A stretch of DNA of 64,000 bases from Octopus vulgaris (Eukaryota), in the NCBI GenBank assembly GCA_951406725.2, contig OX597826.1:16926001-16990000 (forward strand). Direction: 5' to 3'. Shown in pieces: positions 54,831 through 64,000 of the stretch. How positions within the stretch are numbered: the stretch's first letter is position 1; each line of letters opens with the position of its first letter. The notes under the pieces are model-generated. The model searched no databases. It saw only the letters and a list, made by a program, of their open reading frames with translations, and was not told where the DNA came from. The position numbers and the translations under genes were made by a program.

Positions 54831-57741
54831 ATATATATATATGCACTTCATGAATTCATATATTCATAATATTCATATATATTCATACATATATATATAT
54901 ATATTAACCATATATACATATACATGTGTGTGTGTGTACGTCTGTATGTCAATATATATATATATTCATAAATTTTTTCTTATGTTATAAGCAACTATTT
55001 TTTAATAAAGAACTTGTCTGGCATTTTATATGTAGATTTTTCTCCTAATCTTTCTATTTATACATGCACTTATGTGTACTATCTTATATTTCACTATTAG
55101 ATATTAATGCGTTACACGTACATCGCATAAAATGAATTAGTTACAGTATAGAGTTACATCTCATTATTATTCAATATCGCTTGATATTTATAATCGTCTG
55201 CTCACATAAACTTCCCAAAACAAAAGCATGCAAACCCCTAACAACATGCGTCTATATTTTCTAATTCATACAGACTTATTTTAACACAAACTTGCAAGTA
55301 CATATGTATAGATATATTAATATGTGGTCATTGTTTACATCTGTATATACTGAAGAATTCTGTCTGATACGTCAAGATTCTGTTGCAACCACACTACTTG
55401 AGTGTTACCATGTTGCTTAATTCTGAAAACAGTTGCTTCACTAGTTTTCAATGAAGAGATTTATCTCTAAATCGTTTTGAGGAAATAAATCAGCAGATAT
55501 CATTTAATGTTGATAAATGCTCCATAGCAGATTTGTTGTAGGCATATTTAATGTAGCACAAATTATACAATGTTATGTGAATCAAATAAATCCAAATTTG
55601 TCAAAAAAGCATTATTTAATACTTGTATAACAGATCATATTGCTAAAGCTACTTATATTTCTACATGATATGAATAGACAAGGAATAGTAAGTAAATCAA
55701 CGTAGAACATATCAATTTATTACGTATTAGAAAATATTCTCTAGCCTTGCTAGAAAACAATTCATACATTCTGTAGACTATTGAATAATTGCAAACTAAC
55801 ATTTATTGCCAAATTTACAACAGTAATTGATTTATAATAGATATTGACTAACATATAAAACCGATGAATATGTTTATAAAGTTTGGGGTAAAATCAAAAT
55901 TTTCGCAATATTATATATATTATTAAGACTTCCAGAATCACGTATACAAAGAGGTATATGAGATTTTTACATCAGTGTGAGACTCGTAATAAGCGAATCG
56001 TGATCTCTTTCAGTAGTTATAAATAAATTTTAATTTGAAGCAAAGCTAGGAATATTTTTATCATATACAATTTATGTGCGATATGCATTCAGCACAGTTG
56101 ACGACATAAAACTTTAATTGGAAATTATTGAATTTCTTCAAAATTTTATGGATTTTAATATTATTATAAGTTGGTTTTATTGCTTATTTTCCATACTTGT
56201 ATGAACATTCCAGTTGCATAATGTAATTTTGTTCATCGGCAGATATTACTGCATTTTATCAAAATGAAATTTTCTTAAATCTCTACAACCTAATCAGTAT
56301 TTTTAGAACAGAATTGGTATACAGCTTCCAAATAATGACTAAAACAATGTTGTTTGCAAGTGATCTTTGGCGTTACTCAGTCTACATCTACAGAAATAAA
56401 TTACAGATAACAAGTGAAAAATTGTACTCAATATTAGATGCTAAGTTAAATATCAGTTGCGCATAACGAAACAAAAAAATTAATTGTTAAATTTTGCATG
56501 ATACTATAAACTAAGGTTCAATGTGATCGTTTGGAATAGAAATATATAGAAAGCAAAAAGAAGAAAAACAAATTTTGTTAATAATTTCGTCAATAATACT
56601 AAATTAATAATGAAGGTGTACAGGTTGGAAATTTTTTGAAAATAACCAAATATTCATTATATAATACACATTATGAGGACGTTAATAATATTTAAACTGT
56701 ATTTGTAATTCGAAGTTCTCATTGGGAATTAATCTGACTAGATGCTACATCTCATACATTTACACTGAGATGGTTGGTATGATATTGGGACTTCAGCACA
56801 TACATTGTCTCAATAGGTAACTCGTTGAATTTATTTACCTACATTGTATCGGAGGTAGACATTTTCCTCTCAACTCCCAAGACTGAATGAAAATGATTCC
56901 AACAGGATGTGAGCATATAATCTGATGAGCATTCAACAAACTACTATTAAACAACCATAATACTGATAAATATGATAGTACTTATGGTAATTGTAACAAT
57001 GATATTGAGGAGGGGAATAAAACTCATCAGCTTCAACGTCAGGAAACCAAATGTAAGCTCGCAGTATTCACCATCACAATCACAAGCATAGGCTCAAATG
57101 AATATTGCATTCAAGAAAATAATCATAAACAGATAGACAGCTAAACAGGTGTGACAAAGAAACTTCTATAAGCATAAAAGTTAGCCACACCGAACAACTC
57201 TAACAGTACTAAGCGCACGTCATGATACGAAAGTAACAAGAATAATATATTTATTTTCCAATAGCAACAAAATTCATATATCCCCTATTCCCAATCATCA
57301 TCTTTGAAAGACCCTGCAAATGATCGTCTATTCAAGCAAACACTCACTCTTAGGTAGAGAATACCATCCTTCATTTCTTTCGCTATCTTCCACACACACT
57401 CAAATGAATTTTACATGCAACTCTATGCCTGAAATCAAACTTCTACTGACTTCATAACTAAAAAGTTCTAAAGCTTTTTGTCAAGGAGCCGTGTAGTTTG
57501 TCTCCCATAACAACTGAAGGACACAATCCATACACATATGAAGGAAACAATATTGTACCCCCAGTCCGACCTCTAACGTGTACCATATACAACTGGAACC
57601 ATGAGAGTTACTATTGACGGGATTCTTTGTGAGCTCACACCGACAACGCGATATGTCCTGCATCATTAAAACAAGACCGCCCTTTCAGTGCCAGAAATAC
57701 TTCAGTTGCATCAGTTACTAACGTCTTCTAAAGCTTGTGAT

Positions 57742-57885
57742 ATTAGTGGTACTTATTTTATCGAGCCCGAAAGGATGTAAGTTAAAGTGAACGGTGCCAA
57801 CATTTGAACTCAGAACGTAAAGACAGACAAGATGCTACTAAGCACCTTGCCCGGCTTGCTAGCGATTTTGCAAGCTCTCGACCTT
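57742..57885 (-). mobile_element. SINE family A fragment
   Basis: GGTACTTATTTTATCGAGCCCGAAAGGATG...TTTGAACTCAGAACGTAAAG. Confidence 0.75.
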
Positions 57886-58319
57886 TGTTAACGCAATATT
57901 AGGGTTTAGCACTTGTGTTTACTCTATAGATTATTCAGTTTTTTTTAATTCATCTTTATTGTATCGGGGTTATGCATTTTCCTCTCAAGATGGAATGTAG
58001 CTGATTCTATAAAGAGGTGAACTCATTCAGCAAACAGTTCTTGAACAATGAGGATAATGATAAATGTGATGGTAATGATAATTGCAATGATGAAGGATGA
58101 AAATGAGAATTAAACACGTCAGCATCAACATGTGAAAACCAAACCTACGCTTGCTGTATTCATTATCACCGTCACCAGCAAAGACACAAGAGAACATTAA
58201 ATGCAAGAAAGAAAGCACGGATTGCAGTAAATAAATCATCTACACGGAGTAGCATAAATATTGCACCACTCCAGAAACCCCTACCTTTATTTTTTACAAT
58301 TTTCCTTCTAGGGTTTCCT

Positions 58320-58440
58320 ATTTACTCATGAGGTACATTACAACTAGCACTATGCAAGTATTGAAGAGAAACATTACCCATGTCGAATTACATTTGTCGC
58401 AGGATGAGAAGGAACGGCGGAGATTTTGAACACATCTCCG
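58320..58440 (+). mobile_element. Possible Tc1/mariner C-terminal remnant
   Basis: RRNGGDFEHI resembles the conserved NGGHFEH C-terminal motif. Confidence 0.3.
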
Positions 58441-58830
58441 TCCACTCATTATATCAACGTCCCATCTCAAGCACTATGCTACTGGACCATATTCAGAATG
58501 TCTCGTCGCTGATACGTTCTCTCTGCTATTTTATTCTCTTTGATTTAAGTTTTTTGTTTTAGGCGATATCAGTCGCATTCATATTTTTTACGTCAGATGT
58601 AAGGAATTTTACGTTCTATGGAGATTTTTCTTCTCAATTATGAGTTTTTGTCAAAAAGTAACTAAATCTGCAATTACTTCAAGTCATCCCACACATGACA
58701 TTGCACTTTGGCATAACTTAACATATCCCGTATCTCGTTCCGTATATATCTCTATATTTATCCGAAGTGCTTACGTTATCTTTTCACCTATAATGTTAAA
58801 ATGCATTATTTATTATTACAAAGAGAACGT

Positions 58831-59042
58831 AGGCGGTGTGCTGGCAGAATCATTAACAACACCGGACAAAAGGCTTAGCAATATTTCATCGGTCTTTACG
58901 ATCTAACTTCAAATCGCACCAAGGTTGATTATGCCCTTCATACTTTGGGGTCGATAAAATAATTATTAGTTGAACACAGGAACCAATGTAATGGATTTAT
59001 CCGTACCCTGAAAATTTCTGGCCTTGTGCGAAGATTTGAAAC
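58831..59042 (+). mobile_element. SINE family A
   Basis: Full head to tail; ~20-bp TSD TATTATTA(C/A)AAAGAGAACGT at 58811-58830 and 59043-59062. Confidence 0.85.
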
Positions 59043-59738
59043 TATTATTAAAAAGAGAACGTCTTTTTTTCTTATTTTCGGTTGTAATAATAATAATTGC
59101 AACATAGTTACAGATAATAGAGTAAATGGTATATTGAGAGTCATCGGAATAATGAAATGTAGTTTGAGTATCTTAATAACGTCTTAAGTTTATCAATTTA
59201 TAGGCAGACAATAGGCACAATTCCTCGACTCTTGGAAATGAACATATTTATAAACAGTTCTTGGTACTATTCTACTTATAAAATGTAGCACTAAAGGATT
59301 TTGGTTGTTGCCGAGAACTTCTTAAGAAGAGTTATATAAAAGTAGGTTAAGAGATATAGAAAGTTAGGTCGAGAGGTGGAGAATTTAGAATATGTATGCT
59401 ATAAATAAGTCATGTTGAAGTGAGATTTATGGAAGAAGATTTAAAATTATAGTTTTCCGAATGAATAAGTACAAAATAAAATAATAGAGTATGTGTCGAT
59501 AAAGTAGAAATCAACTTAGCATTCTCTTCCCAATTAAATGCTATTCTTATTTCAGTTCTAGATTTCTTTCTTCGGTTATATTTTTTAACTGTATTTATAA
59601 TCCATAAGACAATTAGAGTAACACTTTTAAAAGTTAAATCAATATTGGCATTTCTACATTTTGTATATTTTTAGTTCATCAGTTTTTAAAGAGTTTTCCT
59701 CTAACGCTCTCTTTCTTTGTCAGAGTATAGATATTTGC

Positions 59739-59952
59739 AAGGCGGTGAGCTGGCAGAACCGTTAGCACGCTAGGTGAAATGCTTAGCGATATTTCGTTTG
59801 TCTTTATGTTCTGAGTTCAAATTCTGCCGAGGTTGACTTTACCTTTCATCCTTCAAGGTCGATAAATTAAGTACCAGTTGCGTACTGGGGTCGATCTAAT
59901 CGACTAGCCCCCTTACCAAAATTTCGGGCCTTGTGCCTAAAGTAGAAAAGAA
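59739..59952 (+). mobile_element. SINE family A, full length
   Basis: GGCGGTGAGCTGGCAGAA...GAGTTCAAATTC...CTTTCATCCTTCAAGGTCGATAAATTAAGTACCAGT; 13-bp TSD TATAGATATTTGC at 59726-59738 and 59953-59965. Confidence 0.9.
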
Positions 59953-60498
59953 TATAGATATTTGCTGCATATACAATGGAATTGCTTCTTCTTGGAAAAT
60001 TAATTTTCATTTCAGAATTCCTTGGATTTCTTGTGATTCTGGAAACTTTCGTTTCCAAAACTTCGTATTTTACTTGGTTTTTGAACGTTTCTTATATTTT
60101 GCTGTCAAGAGAAAACCTGAACTTTATGGAGATGTATTTTTAGTTTCTACAAAAAGTGAAAAACAAACGAGTTGAAATTTAGACTAATACAATAATTATT
60201 GACAGGGCGCAAATTCGGACCGATACATTTGAATATTCATATATTAAGAAGAATGGATTCTGCAGGAAATGCTAATTGAAAGTGTGAGGTTCCTTCTACT
60301 TTCATGAATATCTTCTGCTAGCTTTGGTAAAGAGACGTATAAGGTCACCTTCTTCCCAAGATTTTAATCGAATATATCAATTCGCCAACATTTTTTTCCA
60401 GTTTGGTACTTCTTAATATGGTGGTTGCAAATTTACCAGAACAGTTTACACAGTATTCGTGCAAATACACACAGACAGATTGATATATATATATATAG

Positions 60499-60558
<60 letters not shown>

Positions 60559-60564
<6 letters not shown>

Positions 60565-60696
60565 ATAGAAGGAGCTTCTACAGGACTAGAACTGTTTCAT
60601 TCAAAAGAAATCATCAGGAAGCTTCCTAATGGGCTTCCTGATGATTTCTTTTGAATGAAACAGTTCTAGTCCTGTAGAAGATCCTTCTATAAAATA
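60559..60696. repeat. 138-bp palindrome (64-bp arms, one mismatch, 10-nt spacer) containing two opposed hammerhead motifs
   Basis: 60559-60622 is the reverse complement of 60633-60696 except GAGC/GATC. Confidence 0.92.
60573..60624 (-). ncRNA. Type-I hammerhead ribozyme motif with canonical core (mirror copy 60634-60680 on plus)
   Basis: AGCUUC-CUGAUGA-U-UUC(UUUU)GAA-U-GAAA-CAG(UUCUAGUC)CUG-UA-GAAGCU: 6-bp stem I, 4-bp stem III, GUA cleavage triplet; stem II is weak (U-U at its base). Confidence 0.65.
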
Positions 60697-60764
60697 AATT
60701 AATTTACTCTGCTATGTATTGAGTACCTTATTTACTGTGGTTAACCCCGACTCAACCCGGGACC

Positions 60765-60820
<56 letters not shown>

Positions 60821-60835
60821 TATATAGAGATAGAT

Positions 60836-60872
<37 letters not shown>

Positions 60873-60873
60873 C

Positions 60874-60906
<33 letters not shown>

Positions 60907-61344
60907 TAGATATTGATAGATATATATACATACATATATAGATACAGGTATGTATACATATGTATGCATAAATATACATAGAAAGAGGGAAAGAAAGATA
61001 GATATCGTGGTTGTTGTTGTCGTTTTATGTATGTACATAGATACTTTTTGCTTTTTCTGAAGTCCATAGAACATATAAGAAATCTTTGAGTTAATGTTTT
61101 CTTTCTTGAATTAACATCATAGTAACGGATAATATATATGTATATGTATATCTTTATATATATAATTTACAAGATAAGGGCATTCTATCACTCTGTGAAA
61201 GTTTCTAGTTCGAATCACACGTGTCTCGAGGTGCGCCGAAGATTTTTCTATTTTGGATATTTTTGGGGTACTTAAGACTGCTCGTGACTTGGTGCTTGCT
61301 TCTTCCATGGGTATGAGTAAGTATTTCATTTCTATCTCGCGCAT

Positions 61345-61404
61345 TTGCCGATGAAGAGGGGAAATTTCTTGTGAATTAACCCCGAAATTGGACCAATACG
61401 GTAA
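61345..61404 (+). ncRNA. Hammerhead-like motif with A3 (AUGAAGA) core
   Basis: UUGCCG-AUGAAGA-GGGG...CCCC-GAAA-UUGGACCAA-UA-CGGUAA; stems I, II and III all pair; C3 replaced by A. Confidence 0.55.
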
Positions 61405-61667
61405 TAACGAATTTTTTAGAGATTTCTATCGGTTTGTTTCGAGACGCATAAATTTAATGGTTATCGACAATTTTTTCTTTCGGCGTCTCTGGCATTAGAA
61501 TTTTTGAAAGGGGGGTGGTCTGTCTGTGTTCAGACAGACATTGCTTACAACCGATGTTGGTGTGTTTACAACCCCGTAACTTACCAGTTCGGGAAAAGGA
61601 AACGATAGAATAAGTACTAGGCTTACAAAGAATAAGTCCTGGGGTCGATTTGTTCGACTAAAGGTGG

Positions 61668-61890
61668 TGTGGAAATTAGCTGCCCAACGGATGTTAAGAT
61701 AAAGCTAAAGATCAGTGAAAAAGAAAACACCTATGCTGAAGTATTTGCAGTTACTCCATCCAGATTACAAGTTCAAGTTTATACATATAATTATTGGGGC
61801 CCTGGTATATGTAAGACACTGCCCAAATACCGATCTTGAGAAATTAGGCTTCGCAAAATCAGAAATGAGAAAGCTAATTCGAAAACTGAA
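61668..61890 (+). mobile_element. RLE-type LINE nuclease fragment
   Basis: VVEISCPTDV, then KYLQLLHPDYKFKFIHIIIGAL-YV...LEKLGF. Confidence 0.7.
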
Positions 61891-61891
61891 T

Positions 61892-63037
61892 AATGACATA
61901 CATACATATATATACATACATACATACACACACGCATACATACATACATACATACATGCATGCATGCATACATACATACATACATATATGCATACATACA
62001 TACATGCATACATACATACATACATACATACATACATACATACATACATACATACATACATTCATACATACATAAGTTCAAATAGAATCAGACCAGAATT
62101 GTTCAGAAGAAAAACAAAAACAATACACAAACTACAAAAGAACACGATAAACAAAGTTCCATACAGTCTTCAGTGTCGACCCGTATCTTTCAAGTTTTGA
62201 CACTTCCAACACAATATTTCGATTCAGTACTATCAATAAGTTAAATGGAATCTGCCAGGGGACATGGCCTACAGACACTAACATTGAACATTCACAGGAA
62301 AATCACTAAAATTGATGCTAATACTTTTCCGAAACAAAATAGCAAAGCAGAAAAAAATGCCTTTTGACAGAAAACGAGTTACTGGAAGTACGAGAGAAGG
62401 CTATGTGTGACAGAAAAGGAGGCTGAAGAGGAAAGAAATGTGAGCTTTTATATTATAATTAAAAAATATTATATGACACAATGAACAAAATGTGTCAGTC
62501 TGTTTGAACGGTCAAGGGAATACAGAGAGAAAGAAGAAGAATAATGGCAGTGTTGCTTTCTGAATAGGAAGAGGTTACAGGAGAAAGAGAAAGGCAGGAA
62601 CCATGAAGAAAGTGAAGGAGAGACAACGAGAAATAGAGAGAATATAGTGCAAAGACATTAACAAAGGAAAGTGATAGAAAACAACAGCTCATAAAACAGA
62701 GAGAGTAGAGAAATCGCTCGAATGTTGCAGAAAGCACAAAAGAAGTACGAATTTTTAAAAAGCGGTGCATTATAGTTATAAGGGGGGAAAGGCTGCAAAA
62801 AATGACATACATACATATAGATACATACACACACGCATACATGCATACATACATACATACATACATACATACATGCAAACATACATACATACATACATAC
62901 ATACATACATACATACATACATACATACATACATACATACATACATACATACATACATACATACATACATACATGCATGCATGCATACATCCATACATGC
63001 AAACATACATACATACATACATACATACATACATACA

Positions 63038-63071
<34 letters not shown>

Positions 63072-63164
63072 CACAAGTTCAAATAGAATCAGACCAGAAT
63101 TGTTCAGAAGAAAAACAAAAACAATATACAAACTACAAAAGAACACGATAAACAAAGTTCCATA
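61892..63164 (+). repeat. Local direct duplication (61892-62163 and 62801-63164) of a (CATA)n tract plus ~90 bp of unique sequence
   Basis: Both copies start AATGACATACATACATAT and end AAGTTCAAATAGAATCAGACCAG...AAACAAAGTTCCATA. Confidence 0.85.
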
Positions 63165-64000
63165 AACTCCATACATTCTTTATATGGTAAACAAGTTGCC
63201 ATTTCCTCGTTGGCCATAAACGAGATCTCAATGCAATTTACCTCGGTGACTTTCGACAGAACTTCTTGATTTAATAGTGTTAACAGCTACTATAGTACTT
63301 TCGGTCAAAGAAGGCAAAGACAGGCATAAACATGCGAGAAAGCTGAAGTGTTGCTTTCTTCGGGAGGAATTGTTAGGGGAAAACGAGAGAAAGAAAGAAT
63401 GAAGAGAAAGAGAGAAAGCGAGAGAGAGGGAATGAGAGAGAAATGGGGCGGAGAATGATTAGTAGCCCTGGCTGAAAGGTAAACCAATGCAAAAGTGGTT
63501 GTAAAAACAGATCTCAGGAAAGGGATGTAATGAACTTGGAACACAGAGATGGGAGGTAATTTGCAACGCAGAGACAATATCAACAGAAAAGGGAAGCGAA
63601 CAAGTAAGCCGTAAGTACATCGCCAGAACATGGAGTGAATCTTTAAGATATATGTTTGTACTGACTGTCTGGGTATTTGTGTTCGTATGTTTACAAATAA
63701 GAGATATATGACTCAATAGCTAAAGCGGAATATGTTTATTTGCTGCAAACCTACATAAGTGACCAGACTTTTCACTGATTTGTGTAGCTTCATATCTGAT
63801 AAATATATTGGGTGTTTGAATTTTTCATATAGACTCTTGTTATTCCAAACATAATATGTTATTCTTAAGGATTTCGCTTGTGAGAAGTGTGTGTGTGTGA
63901 GTGTGTGTGTGTGTGTGCGTGTGCGTGCGTGTGTGTAGTGTAGTGATGTATAACCATATTAAAGAAGCTACACTATACTTAAACTGAATATCCAATTCAT

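Noticed and set aside
57481-57720. Higher-GC block as a coding exon
   Set aside because: All frames are short or stopped, with no recognisable motif or convincing splice pair.
61117-61344. 75-aa ORF next to the hammerhead motif
   Set aside because: Antisense to the motif, no domain signature, and runs into a TA-rich tract.

Overview
AT-rich animal non-coding DNA, most likely octopus/coleoid cephalopod (inferred from the SINE families, Dong/R4 LINEs and microsatellite load). I found no intact host CDS, rRNA, tRNA or CRISPR array, and nearly all ORF-track entries are translated microsatellites or transposon debris. The window is a layered transposon landscape: R4/Dong LINE fragments in (TAA)n, RTE and CR1-like LINEs, many tRNA-derived SINEs (several with target-site duplications), Helitrons, Tc1/mariner remnants, a Merlin derivative nested in a Helitron, and several Penelope-like (GIY-YIG) insertions. 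The most interesting signal is a set of minimal type-I hammerhead-ribozyme-like motifs in Penelope-type terminal repeats. They usually sit beside (TA)n tracts and often lie in fold-back pairs, including a 138-bp palindrome made of little more than two opposed hammerheads. Their cores covary at the C3:G8 pair (C:G, U:A, possibly G:C). There are weak hints of a minus-strand first exon/promoter at the left edge and of a plus-strand micro-exon gene. All alignments and folds were done by eye.
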